Shown: positions 37,611-49,908 of the stretch, in pieces
Position numbering within the stretch: position 1 is the first letter of the stretch
Layout of the letters: every line of letters begins with the position of its first letter
From: Mustelus asterias
Taxonomy: Eukaryota
Assembly: GCF_964213995.1 (NCBI RefSeq)
Contig: NW_027590154.1
Span: 248,001 to 312,000 of the forward strand
Direction: 5' to 3'
DNA length: 64,000 nucleotides
Notes under the pieces: model-generated
Told to the model about the DNA's origin: nothing
Seen by the model: only the letters and a program-made list of their open reading frames with translations
Databases searched by the model: none
Program-made: the position numbers and the translations under genes

Positions 37611-38406
37611 TGGAATCTCCTTGGTTAGAAGAAGAGGATTTTCAAGCAATCTCAAACCCCCAAAAAATGTGTATCTCTTAATTTCAAGCCACAATTAACA
37701 CATGACTCTTGTAATCTCCTTTTGCAGGGAGTTAGAATATTTGAAGATTGCAATTCTTCTCTGATTCCAGTGCTTCTGACTTTCCAGCCGCAGGTTTCAA
37801 ATTAGAAAACAGTGAAATTGTTTCAGAGGTGAGTATTGTTGAACATTTACCTATAATTTTGAATTTTCGTGCTGTGCTCTGTTATCTGTGCTCTGGTTCC
37901 ACGTCTCTGGGGCTGGTGTGACTCCGTTACTGTGGATCTGAATCCATGTCCATCCATTGCTTTGTTTCACCCCTGCCCTCCCTGATCACCTCTCTGTCAT
38001 TGTCAGTTCAGAGAAGGATCTGCAGGTTGATACGTGGGATGAAGGCGTTGTTTTGTGAGGAAAGTTTGGGCCTGTCCTGACTGGAGTTTAGAGGTGACCA
38101 TAGTATTGACATCACATTGTGAGGTAGTGATTAGTATAGATGAAGAGAGGATGTTTCCAATGTTGGGGATTCCAGAATTAGTCGGCAGATTGTCAAAATA
38201 AAGAGTCCCCCATTTCTGATGGCGAGGAGGAGAAATGTCTTCCCTCAGAGGGCTGTTAGTCTTTGCAAGTCTCTTCCCCAGAGAGCAGTGGAGGCTGCAT
38301 CATTAAATATACTCAAAATACAGAGATTTTTGATCGAAAAGGGAGTCAAGGGTGACAGGAAGAAAAGTGGAGTTCAGATCACAATCAGATCAGCCATGAT
38401 CTTGAT

Positions 38407-38848
38407 GGGGAGACGATGGCCTTGTGGTATTATTGCTAGACTATTAATTCAGAAACTCAGCTAATGTTTTGGGGACCCGGGTTTGAATCCTGCCATAGAA
38501 TCATAGAAATCCTACAGTACAGAAGGAGGCCATTCAGCCCATCGAGTCTGCACCGACCACAATCCCACCCCATAGCAGCTGGTGGAATTTGAATTCAATT
38601 AAAAATATCTGGAATTAAGAAATGACTGATGACCATGAATCCATTGTCGATTGTCGGAAAAACCTATCTGGTTCACTAATGTGCTTCAGGGAATGAAATC
38701 TGCCATCCTTAACTGGTCTGGCCTACATGTGACTCCAAAGCCACAACAATGTGGTTGACTCTCAACTGCCCTTCAAGAGCAACTCGGGATGGGTAATAAA
38801 TGCTGGCCAGCCAGCAACATCCATGTCCCATGAATGAATAAAAAAAAT
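38407..38848 (+). mobile_element. Second tRNA-derived SINE family, carrying a ~75-bp inverted HE1-tail insertion (TSD ccatag 38493-38498 and 38570-38575)
   Basis: B box gggtttgaatcc; homolog at 60776-61092; tail gggatgggtaataaatgctggcc...gaatgaataaaaaa. Confidence 0.7.
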
Positions 38849-38969
38849 TCACTTGAGCAGCTTGGTGGGCTGAATTTCGAACTATTTCTTACGATCTGTC
38901 AGGAACATGAAATGGTGAGTGTCGATCAGCATTAATTAGCACCTTCAGGAGAATTGGGTCGTGTATATT

Positions 38970-39233
38970 AAAGTTTAAAGTTTATTTATTAGTCACAAGT
39001 AAGGTTTATATTAACACTGCAATGAAGTTACTGTGAAATTCCCCTAGTTGTCACACTCCGGCACCTGTTCGGGTCAATGCACCGAACCAGCACGTCTTTC
39101 AGAATGAGGGAGGAAACTCATGCAGACACGGGGAGAACGTGCAAACTCCACACAGACAGTGACCCAAGCCGGAAATCGAGCCCGGGTCCCTGGCACTGTG
39201 AGGCAGCAGTGCTAACCACTGTGCTACCGTGCT
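38970..39233 (-). mobile_element. V-SINE, alternative-tail type, inserted in ZNF intron
   Basis: Reverse-complement homolog of 27008-27305. Confidence 0.85.
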
Positions 39234-39558
39234 GCAGAATGCTAAATGGAATGAGAGAGAGAGTGTATGTGTGAGGGGCGTGGGTGGAGATTTAAAGAAT
39301 GTTCCATAGAAACTACAATTGTCTGTTTTGAATTTCTATCATGTGCTGACAGTGATGATTTTTGTAAACTCCTTTCAGTGGATATCGGAAGGAGAGGTTT
39401 GGAAAATGGAAATCTCAAAAGAGTCACTTGATTCATAAGGACGTGAAAATCATCAGCCTTTTTAACACCAGTGTGAGTGGAAAAGCACTGAGATTCTCAC
39501 ACCCGTATCAGAGTGTTCCAGTGCACTGATTGTGGAGAGACACAAGGACTCCGACACC

Positions 39559-40293
39559 ATGGAGAAACCATGGAAATGTGGAGACTGTGGGAAGGGATTC
39601 AGAGCCCCATCTGAGGTGGAATCTCATCGACGCAGTCACACCGGGGAGAGACCGTTCATATGCTGCACTTGTGGGAAGGGATTCAATCATTCATCGAATC
39701 TGCTGAGACACCAGCGAATTCACACTGAGGAGAGGCTAGTCACCTGCTCACAGTGTGGGAAGGGATTTAGAGATTCATCCACGCTGCTGACACACCAAAA
39801 GGTTCACACTGGGGAGAAGCCATTCACCTGTTGTGTGTGTGGAAAAGGATTCAGAGATTCATACACTTTGCTGACACACCACCTAGTTCACACTGGGGAG
39901 AAGCCATTCACCTGCCCTGAGTGTGGAAAGGGATTTACTCAGTCATCTAACCTGCTGACACACCAGAGAGTTCACACCGGGGAGAGGCCATTCAATTGCT
40001 CAGTGTGTGGAAAAAGATTCACTCAGTCATCCGCTCTCCTGACACACCAGCGAATTCACACTGGAGAGAGGCCGTTCACCTGCTCTGTTTGTGGAAAGAG
40101 ATTCACTCTGTCAGCCACCCTGATAGCACATCAGCGCATTCACACTGGGGAGAGGCCTTTCACCTGCTCCGTGTGTGGGAAGGGATTCACTCAATCATCA
40201 AATCTGCTGAAACACCAGCAAATTCACTTGGGCACGAGCCTTTCACCTGCTCTGAGTTTGGGAAGTGATTCAGTGATTCATCCAAGTTGCTGA
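39559..40293 (+). CDS. C2H2 zinc-finger protein, 8 intact fingers, ninth finger frameshifted
   Basis: caccATGG MEKPWKC start; degenerate [10 protein letters not shown] finger in a shifted frame. Confidence 0.88.
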   Translation: MEKPWKCGDCGKGFRAPSEVESHRRSHTGERPFICCTCGKGFNHSSNLLRHQRIHTEERLVTCSQCGKGFRDSSTLLTHQKVHTGEKPFTCCVCGKGFRDSYTLLTHHLVHTGEKPFTCPECGKGFTQSSNLLTHQRVHTGERPFNCSVCGKRFTQSSALLTHQRIHTGERPFTCSVCGKRFTLSATLIAHQRIHTGERPFTCSVCGKGFTQSSNLLKHQQIHLGTSLSPALSLGSDSVIHPSC

Positions 40294-41379
40294 GACACCA
40301 GAGAGTTTACAAGTGATAACAGGGGTCGAACTCTGTTGTACTGGCCGGTATAATATTGTAAAAGGTGGATCTTCATTTTAAAAATTCAAATTGTATAACC
40401 TGAAATGTGAGAAACTGCAGAGCTGGCAGAAATTGTTTAAACAAACAACTAATTTTAAAAAGCTACTGGACATCATAATCTGCCAAACTCCAGCTCAAGA
40501 ATAAGGCTCATTATATAATCTGATCAAGATCAGCAAGAGAGAAAGCTGTTGTCTTCCACAATCTGTCTTTTTGAACCAGCCTATCTTGTATTAATGAAAT
40601 GAATTAAAGATTACTGTACTAATTAGCAACAAATGATTGGTTCAGTCATGAGCTTTAATTGAGTTACAATTCATGAATCAGTCATTATAGCAAAAGACTG
40701 AGTTTTATTTACTGTAAAAATGAAAAACCTTAATAGCTATGCAAAGAATGTGCAATGAAGATAACTGGAGTGGCAGGAGAGATCTTCAAGCTTTGATTTG
40801 TCTCAAAATTTGAATTGTCCGATTGTATAGAATTGGATAAAGAGATGGTATGAAATACCTCTAAGAAAATGAGAGACAATGAAGTAATTAATTGGTGATC
40901 CAATTAATCTAGTCAGCAAATTGACCAAATGTCCTGTTACAACAGGTTCAACTCTAACGCGAGGTCACAGTCACTTTGGGGATAAAAGTAGAAATTCCAA
41001 AGGTTTTTTTTCCAGCCAACAGCTGAAGATTCCTGAGACAGAGTTCCAGGGAAATTATTGTCAAAGAAGAACACAGACTCCCAAGGCTGAATTCCACAAG
41101 AATTACTGTTAAAGAAGGAGCCAGACTTCTATGGACTTATCACCCAGACAGAGTTGTAAACATCATTGTCTTAAAGTAAATCTTTTTATTGCAATAAACT
41201 TCTTTTTGTATTTACCATCTGGAAAATTTTAATTTTGCCTTAATTTGGTTTTAACTGGTTAAAATTCTGTTCCAAACAAAGTGAATTAATGAAGTGGGAA
41301 GTTGGGGGTGAGTGGCTGTTATCAATTAAGTTGCAGATAACAAGATTAGGTGATATAAATCCTGAATTTAAAGTCTGAA

Positions 41380-42400
41380 CTTATAAAACAGGAGCAGAAA
41401 CAGACCATTCAGCCCCTCTAGCTCGCTCCTGATGTTCAATTAAGATCATGGCTGATCCATTTGTGTTTCGAATTCCACATTCCCAACTCCCACCTTTGAT
41501 TCTCTTGCTGAACAAGAATCTGCCATCTCTGTCTTAAAAATATTCCATAAAAAAACATTTCCATTCACCTGAATAACCTTTTATTCCTTTTCCTAACAAA
41601 AATCTATCTACCTCTGCCTTAAATATTCAATGACATCGCCTGCATCACCTTCTGAGTTCCAAAATTGTGCAACCCTCGGATAAAAATTCTCATCTCTGTC
41701 CTAAAAAGGTGACCCATAATTTTAAAACAGTGCCCTCTAGTTCTGGGTCACCCACAGACGGAAACATCCTTTCTACATCCACCTTGTTAAGACCATTCAT
41801 GATCTCACCTACTTCTATCAAGTCACCCCTCACTCTTCTAAACTCCAGTGGAAACACACCCAGTCTGTCTAGCCTTTCCTCATAAAGCAATCTGCTCATG
41901 CCAGGTATCAATCTAGTAAACATGCCCTCAACCACCTCCAAGCCAATTACATTCTTCCTTACATAGGGAGACCAAAACTGCATGCAATATTTGAAATGTG
42001 GTGTCATCAATGTCGTGTATAACTGAAGCATAACATCCTTACTTTAATGTTCAACAAAATAAAGAATAGCATTACCTTATCCTTTTTGATTACATTCTGT
42101 ACCTCCATACTTATTGTAGCTCATACACAAGAACACCAAAATTCCTATGCACCTCAGAATTGTGCAACCATTTCCAGTTTGAGTAACACGGTGTTATTTT
42201 AATTCTTCCTGTCGAGATGAAGAACTTCACATTTTCCCACATTATATACTCCATCTGTCAGATATTTGCCCATTCACTCAACCTATTGATATCCTTTTGC
42301 AAACCCCTTATGTCTCCTTCATAACATAATTTCCTACCAATCTTTGTCCCACCTGCAAATTTAGCTACCGTGCCTTTTCTCCCCTCATCCAAGTCATTGG
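41380..42400 (-). mobile_element. Decayed CR1
   Basis: LYTTLMTPHFKYCMQFWSP...RVRGDLIEV. Confidence 0.8.
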
Positions 42401-42589
42401 GAGGATCTTCTCGTGGACCTGCTCTAGATCCTGGTTAAAGCAGTAATCTGTAGATCCAGGATGGGTGGGGCTGAAGGGGGAGGCGGCTGATCTTCTGTGG
42501 TCTGGTCTGTGCCCAGGTGGTCCTGGAGAGGGAGATTCTGTTGGGACTTTGTTGCTGATTTTGGTCTTTTAGTTTTATTGAATCACATG

Positions 42590-42790
42590 TTTGAGGAAAC
42601 AGGTGGAAAGAATGTTCCAGAGAAACTGGAATTGTCTGTTCTGAATTTCTATCCTGCACTGATAGTGACACTGACACCGTCAACTCCTTTTACAAGGGAT
42701 TTGAAGATGAGGATTTACTGATAGAAAGTACAAATCAAACATCACATCAAAATCTGATAGAGTCACTCAATTCATCAGGACCTGAATTTC
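42590..42790 (+). pseudogene. Relic ZNF acceptor and main-exon start with no finger array following
   Basis: Homologous to 31285-31460 and 13585-13750. Confidence 0.6.
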
Positions 42791-43356
42791 ACAGAAGCTT
42801 GGTACAGAAGGAGGCCATTTGGCCCACCATGTCTGCACCAGCTCTCCAAATGAGCATTATGGCTTTGTGCCATTCTCCTGCCTTTTCCCCATGCCCCATG
42901 TTAGTAAACTTCATCAGCTATCCAGCTCTTCACTCCCCCGAGAAATCAGATGAAGATTTTTGGAGTCTACAATTGGCCTTTATTCAAGTTATAACAGGGC
43001 AAACTGGTTTCCACACATGTGGCTACAGACTCCTAGAACAAAGGAATACAATAGAATACAATTATACCTTTAGGATCAACTACAGGTAATTAACATACAC
43101 AGATTGAAATTTTACTCCAAACTAATAGTTCTGATTACTTCATTTGTTTCCCATAGTAGTGTTTAACCAATTACACCAACTCCACTTTTCCCTAATTACA
43201 ATATCCAATCATCAATAGGGCACGTACACATAGCTACATTATCAATAAACATGTGTCTATGGTCCTTGATTGTCTGGCAACCTGAGTAGTGTGTTTTGAT
43301 AGAAGTGTTATGACTTCTGTCAAAACACACTGCAGTCCTGGGCTGTTATTTGAAGT

Positions 43357-43635
43357 ACAGCAGGTTTATTTGGTAGCAAATACCATTAGCTTTCGGAGCG
43401 CTGCTCCTTCGTCAGATGGAGTGGAAATCTGCTCTCAAACAGGGCACAGAGACACAAAATCAAGTTACAGAATACTGATTAGAATGCAAATCTCTACAGC
43501 CAACCAGGTCTTAAAGATACAGACAATGTGAGTGGAGGGAGCATTAAGCACAGGTTAAAGAGATGTGTATTGTCTCCAGACAGGACAGCCAGCAAGTCCA
43601 GGAGGCAAGCTGTGGGGGTTACTGATAGTGTGACA
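43357..43635 (-). mobile_element. Penelope-like 3' fragment
   Basis: Homologous to 11020-11303 and 30020-30150. Confidence 0.85.
43383..43419 (-). ncRNA. Minimal hammerhead ribozyme motif, intact
   Basis: Minus strand CCAU-CUGACGA-A-GGAGC agc GCUCC-GAAA-GCU-A-AUGG. Confidence 0.8.
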
Positions 43636-44299
43636 CTATGTCACACTATCAGTATGTCACACTATGTCACATTATGTCACAGAAGAGTTAGAGTATGAGA
43701 GAGAGACAGCTAGAAATATACAGATGTATATATAGTAAGAGTTTATGTGGATATCTAAATTTTAAAAAAAGTTAAAAGTGAATGTTGATCTTATAGAAAG
43801 TGAGTCTGGGAATTATTAATGGAAAGTAAGGAGCTGGCAGATGAATTCAACGGGTACTTTGCATCAGTCTTCATTATAGTCGAGTACTCTACCCAATAGT
43901 ATAGAAGATAGACGTAATATGCTATCAGGATGTGGAAGGGAGGGAGGAACTCAGGAAACTTACCGTTACTTATGAAATGGTACTGAGCAAATTGTTGAAG
44001 CTGTGGGCTGACAAATCCCTGGGTCCCGATGGACTTCATCCTTTGTCATTTTTTGCTGTTCTTTATATTCTGTCCAGTTTTCTGACCTGCCACCTGTCTT
44101 TGTGCAATTATTTACCTTTTTCTTTCAGTTTGATCCTATCTTTAACTTTTTAGTGAACCATGGATGGTGGGTCCTCCCCTTGGAATTTGTCGTTCTCATT
44201 GGAATGCATCTGTCCTGGGTTTTCTGAAATATTCCTATCAATGTCTGCCACTGCATCTCTATTGACCTGTCCCTTAACCTCATTTGCCAGTTCACTTAC

Positions 44300-44860
44300 G
44301 TTGAACACAGTTCGGTCCTGGATGTGATTAACAGAAAAATCCAAGCATTGTAGTTAGTTGTAAACTTGCTGGTGGCTCAGCATTGTGGATGATCGGCTGA
44401 ATCTCTTCCTCGGAAGAGAATCTCAAACTCGGAGCAGTTGAATGGTCTCTCCCTAGTGTGAACCCACGGGTGTACAGTGAGTTGAGATGGTCCCCTGAAC
44501 CCAGTCCCACAGTAAAAGCATCTAAATTATCTCAGTGTGAACTCACTGGTGTGTAATCAGCTGGGAAGACTGTGTGAATCCTTTCTCACACTCAGAGCAG
44601 GTGAAGAGCCTCTCCCCAGTATGAGTGCGGCAAACTCTGTTTCAAACACTGACGGGTAACTGAATCTCTCCCCACAGTCTCTACGTTCCATGGTTTCTCC
44701 CTAATGTGACTGTGGTTGTGCTGTTTTCTTCTGTGTTCAAAATTCTCTGCTTTTCACGTTATGATAAATTGTGTGGCTCCATCCAATCCTGACCTGATGT
44801 TTTGTGCGAGTTTCCTGGCCCCAAATCCTCCCCTTTTCAGACCAACTATATTAACTCCTG
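44300..44860 (-). pseudogene. Decayed ZNF copy directly downstream of the 45-kb gene
   Basis: Finger and linker remnants (ctggggagaggctcttcacctgctctgagtgtg) and the family 3' motif ttaatcacatccaggac, with stops and indels. Confidence 0.75.
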
Positions 44861-44958
44861 TAACAGAGCTGGAGTTATTTTTCAATTCAGTAGAAACAGA
44901 TCCAAATGAACATGGTTCAGTCTGAATATGGTTAACAGCAAAATTCCAATGACAATAG

Positions 44959-45630
44959 TTACTTGTGGACTCGCTGGTGTCTCAGCAGTCTGGATGAGGT
45001 AATGAATCCCTTCCCACACTGGGAACAAGTGAACGGCCTCTCTCCAGTATGAACCCGTTCATGATTTATCAGCGTGGATGACTGCCTGAATCCCTTCCCA
45101 CACACGGAGCAGGTGAACGGCCTCTCCCCAGTGTGAATTCGCTGGTGTTTCCGAAGGTGAGATGAGTGAGTAAATCCATTCCCACACTGAGAGCAGGTGA
45201 ACGGCCTCTCCCCAGTGTGAACTCGCTGGTGTTTCAGCAGATTGGCTGAGTGAGTGAATCCCTTCCCACACTGAGAGCAGGTGAACGGCTTCTCCCCAGT
45301 GTGAATTCGCTCGTGTAATGCTAGTTTGGATGATTGATTGAATCCCTTCCCACACACAGAGCAGGTGAATGGCCTCTCCTCAGTGTGAACTCGCTGGTGT
45401 ATTGCTAGGTTGGATGACTGATTGAATCCCTTCCCACACACAGAGCAGGTGAACGGCCTCTCTCCAGTGTGAATTCGTTGGTGTTTCAGCAGCTGGGATG
45501 AGGTAGCGAATCCCTTCCCACACCGGGAGCAGGTGAATGGCTTCTCCCCAGTGTGGCTGCGTCGATGAGTTTCCAGCTGTGATGGAAAATCAAATCCCTT
45601 CCCACAGTCCCCACATTTCCATGCCATCAT
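44959..45630 (-). CDS. C2H2 zinc-finger protein, 8 fingers; main exon acceptor at 45855
   Basis: First in-frame ATG at 45630 (MMAWKC); the ancestral-type ATG at 45744 is closed by TGA at 45715-45717. Confidence 0.85.
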   Translation of the reverse strand: MMAWKCGDCGKGFDFPSQLETHRRSHTGEKPFTCSRCGKGFATSSQLLKHQRIHTGERPFTCSVCGKGFNQSSNLAIHQRVHTEERPFTCSVCGKGFNQSSKLALHERIHTGEKPFTCSQCGKGFTHSANLLKHQRVHTGERPFTCSQCGNGFTHSSHLRKHQRIHTGERPFTCSVCGKGFRQSSTLINHERVHTGERPFTCSQCGKGFITSSRLLRHQRVHK

Positions 45631-46249
45631 CCGTTTGTGACTGCAATAACAGTCCAAAAGGCCCGATGAGTGATTGAAGTCTTGTCGACACACAGAACAT
45701 GCGTACAGTGTCTCTCAACTCTGAACAGTGCAATTTTCTTCCATGTTCAAAATACTATGACATTCAGGTTCTCATAAATTGGTGCTGGCTCCATCAGATT
45801 CTGATGTGATATTAGGTTTCAGTTTCCCAGCTGCAAATCCTCCTCTTCTGAAAATCTGTGAACTTGATTTAAAACAGGAAAAAGGGAATGAGAGAGAACC
45901 CACAAAAAACAAATCCATCAGTGTGAGTGCAGGATAGAAATTCCCCCCATTCTCTCCTCCTGCTCCAGGGTCAGTAAAGTGAGTTAAAGATGATTCTCAT
46001 TCACAAACCCATTGCTGCATTTCCTTCCTGAAGCCACATTTGTCCACTGGGTCCTGGCCCCGGGAGAAAGCGCTGCAGCTGCCGTTGTGTTGGGTGTTGA
46101 GGCGGTGCCGCTAGTTCCTTATTGGGGGTGTTGAAGCCTCCACTGGGTGTGTGGAGCCTCCCCTCCCACCCACTGCCCCTAACGCTGCCTCCGCTTATCC
46201 GCCTCCTTCCCGCCTGAAGATCAGACAAACAAGCGCCTGTCCCTGGACA

Positions 46250-46750
46250 TGAGCCGCACTGCGCATGCCCAACGTCACAATGCCCAGGGACTGATTGACG
46301 GCAGCTTTGGACCAATAGTAAAAGGGGGCGGGGCTGGAGGACCGAGCGGGAGCGGCTGGTCGTCCAACTAATCAGAGTGAATGAGGGGGCGGGATCTGAA
46401 GCATGCGCAATGCGGGTAATGGCGGCGGACGGACGGTTTTAACTCGGATCCGAGATTAATACGAGGTCGAGAGCGGCGCGCAAAGAGCGATCAATCAGGT
46501 GGGTGAGTCGAGAGGCTTCGTAAACATGCTGTTCAAACCCAAACCCCGGAAAAGAAATTCCCCGTTCCCCCATTTGTACCAAAATGACCCGCAACTCGTT
46601 GTATTCGGCCTGGGTTAACTGTTCATTGATTTAAAACGTGCATTGGTGTGCATGTGGCGGCGCCATCTTTGTAAGGGGCAATGTGTAGCAGGGCGCAGGC
46701 GCAGCTGCCATGTTTGTAGGGGCAGCAGAGCGCAGGCGCGGCTATCTTTG
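46250..46750. promoter_or_regulatory. Candidate bidirectional CpG-rich promoter between the divergent 45-kb and 50-kb ZNF genes
   Basis: NRF1-like, CCAAT, GC box, YY1-like cgccatcttt, dyad 46335-46366; homologous to the 4.0 and 10.1 kb cassettes. Confidence 0.75.
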
Positions 46751-46802
46751 GCGTCTGGGACAGGTGCGTGGCTGGCTGTCTGTCCATCCTTCGTTGCCCT
46801 GC

Positions 46803-47552
46803 AGGTGGTGGTGGTGGTGGTGGTGAGCTGCCTTCCTGAACCCACTGCAGTCCATGTGGTGTAGGTGCATCCACACTGCTGTTAGCGAGGAAATTCCAGC
46901 ATTTTGACTCAGTGACCGTGAAAAAATGGTGATATATTTCCAAGTCAGGATGGTTAATGACTTGGAGGGGAGCTTGCAGCTGGTGGTGTTTCCATGTATC
47001 TGCTGCCCTGGTCCTAGATGGAAGTGGTCATGGGTTTGGAAGGTGCTGTCTAAGGATCTTTGGTGAATTGCTGTCGTTCATCTTGTGGATGGTACACACT
47101 GCTGCTACTGAGCATCGGTGATGGATGGAGTGGGTGTTTGTAGATGTGGTGCCAATCAAACAGGCTGATTGGCAGGCTGCTTTGTCCTGGATGGTGTCAA
47201 GCCTCATGAGTTTTGGAACTGCACCTATCCAGGCAAATGGAGACTATTCCATCACACTTCTGACTTGTGCCTTGTAGATGGTGGAAAGGCTTTGGGGAAT
47301 CAGGAGGTGAGTTACTCATTGCAGTGTTCCTAGCCTCTGACCTGCTCTTGTCGCCACTGTTGGCAGTGGGTGATTCAGTGATGGTAACAACATTGATTGT
47401 CAAGGGGCAGTGGTTAGATTATATCTTACTGCTGATGATCATTGCCTGGCATTTGTGTGGCGTGAATGTGAGTTGTCAGCCCAAGCCTGGATATTGTCCA
47501 GATCTTGTTGTATTTGAACATGGACTGACTCAGTATCTGAGGAGTCGCGAAT
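46803..47552 (-). mobile_element. LINE 3' fragment (CR1/L2 superfamily, distinct family)
   Basis: Minus-strand peptide TIYKAQVRSVMEY; gcagctcaccaccacc 3' region. Confidence 0.7.
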
Positions 47553-48184
47553 GTTGCCTCTCCTCATTCATCCCTTTCTCCCAATACCGAGTTCCAGGCT
47601 GCAGTCTCCAGCTGCTCAATATGTGTGTCCTGTTGGATGGGGGATATTTGTCAGTCTCAGAACTGGTTGTTGGATTGGAGAGAGGCAGCCAGGGAGAGAT
47701 TTAAAAACAATGATCAGCATTTTAAAATTGAGGTGCTGCTGAACCAGGAGTCAGAGTGGGTCAGAGGGCAGAGGGGACGATAGGTGGGTCGGGCTTGGTG
47801 AGAGAGAGGACAGAAGCAGCAGAGTTTTAGTTTATTTTATGAAGGGTAGAACTTGTAAAGCCAGCCTGGAGTGTGTTAAAATAATCAAATTTATATATAG
47901 TTTCAGAAGTAGATGAGCCAAGGCATGGATAAAGTCAGGCGATGTTACTGAGGTGGAAATAGTGATGGTGCAGATTAGTGATGATGCAGATATAAAGTCA
48001 GAAACTCATCTTCTGGCTTCAGGCTTTCCAATATTTAAGTGGAGGAAATTTCTGATCACCGAATACTGGATTTCAGACAAATCAGAATGTTGTACGAGCT
48101 GGAGAGGAACTTGGGGGTAATGGGTTTCATCAACTGCTACCCTGTCCTTCTCATTGGTGGTGGGTGAGGGCTTTGAGAGACTCT

Positions 48185-49368
48185 GGGCCCGATTTTACCA
48201 TTTTCATTCTAAGTGCTGAATCTGGGCGCAATTCAGATCCGACTTGGCAACCTGTTCTCAGAGGCCCCCTTACACACTCAGCCTGAAAAAAACCCGCGAG
48301 TCTGAATCGCACTGTGGGCGGGGCTTATCGCGCCAGATTCGCTGCAGCTCCAATCGGAGCTTTGAACTGCGCATGCGCAGTGAGAAAAAAAAATTGAAAA
48401 ACACGCCTCTGTCACATCCCTCCTGGGCTGCAAAAAGCGGATAAAGCAGCCTGGAAGCGATGGCCTCCACAGACATCGCCCCACTCCCACAACATAACTG
48501 TCCCCCTTATCCACCCAGCCCCCCCCACTACCCAGACTGATCGTGACCCTCTGCCTCCCTTCCACCCCCACCGATCGCCTGCAGAGTGACAGCGGTCCCC
48601 CCCCCCCCACCCCACCAGAGAGTGATTGGGCCTCCCTCCACCCCAGAGAATGATCGGGCCTCCCTCCTCCCTCCACCCCCCCCCCCTCCCCCCCCATATC
48701 CCTCAAGACAACGATCGGGCCTCCCTCTCCACACCCCCCTTCCCCACCAGACAACAATCTGACCTCCTTTCCTCCCCCCCGCCCCCCCCACCCCTCCCCC
48801 TCCCCTCCACCACCACCACCACTACCAGAGAATGATCTGGCCTCCCTTCCCCCCACCCACCTTCACCCCCATCTCCCCCCGCCCCCCCTCCAGACAACGA
48901 TCTGTCCCTCCCCACCAGAGAATGATCTGGCCTCCCTCTCGTCCCCCCCCCCAACCCCCTTCCCAGAGAATGATCTGGCCCGCCTTCCTTCCCCCACCCC
49001 GCCATCGATCTGAGTCAGAGAGCCATTGGAAGCTCTGAATTTACCTCTTCAGAAGCTGGAGCGCCCGAAACAGACCTTTGCTGAGCACGTCTGTTTCGCG
49101 CCAAATCTGGACATGCAAACGTGATGGTAAAGGGGGAAATGCTGGTAAAGTTGGGGCGCAGCACATTAATTCAATTTAAATGCATGCAAATGCATTTAAA
49201 TCGCCGTTGTGCCCGTTTTGGGCGCAATTCAGATCGCAGCCATTTTTGGGCCTTGGTAAAGTGGGCATCTGCGTGGACGCGAGCGCGGATCATGTTAATG
49301 GCCTCACGTCCGACTTTATCAAGTTTCCGTGCCCGTTTTCGGGCACGACGAAATGGTAAAATCAGTCT
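48185..49368. mobile_element. Non-autonomous TIR element (MITE-like) with internal C-rich minisatellite (~48520-49010)
   Basis: gattttaccattt near the left end and aaatggtaaaatc near the right end; repeats of ccagagaatgatctggcctccct between C runs; no transposase ORF. Confidence 0.65.
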
Positions 49369-49908
49369 TGTAAATATCTAAAATCTGCCTCCTTCACCCA
49401 ACTTCTCCCACTTCTCTGTCCTTGTCCTATAGAAGCCAGTTTCTTGTATTGACACAGATCAGGTTCCCTTCTTTGAAAGACATTAGTGAACCAGTCAGAT
49501 TTTTAAGACAATCCAGTTTTCGTGGTCACTTTTTCCTTTACCCCACGCACTCTCTCTCCCTCAGCTCTCATAGAAGCCAGAGACATGTGTTGACCCAGAC
49601 TGGATGGGCAGATTCCTTCCCTGAAGGACATTAGTGAACCAGTTGGGTTTTTATGACAATCGATCAGTTTTCTTGGTCTCTTTTCCCCAGTGCCGGCCCC
49701 ACAAATTACCAGATTCATTCAGCTCAATTTCACAACCTGCCTTTGTGTTTGTGTGGGTTCTCTCTCACTCCCTTTTGCCTGTTTCAAATCAATTTCACAG
49801 GGACTGGAGTGGGACAATTTGCAGTCCGGGAACTGAAAACAAACATCATATCAGGAGCTGACGGAGTCACCCAATTTATCATAACCTGAATATCAGTGGA
49901 TTTTGATC

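Noticed and set aside
40340-41380. Possible solo LTR downstream of the 39.5-kb ZNF
   Set aside because: AT-rich with AATAAA, but no second copy, TSD or PBS/PPT could be confirmed; left unannotated
48278-49038. Gly- or Pro-rich ORFs
   Set aside because: Products of the C-run minisatellite
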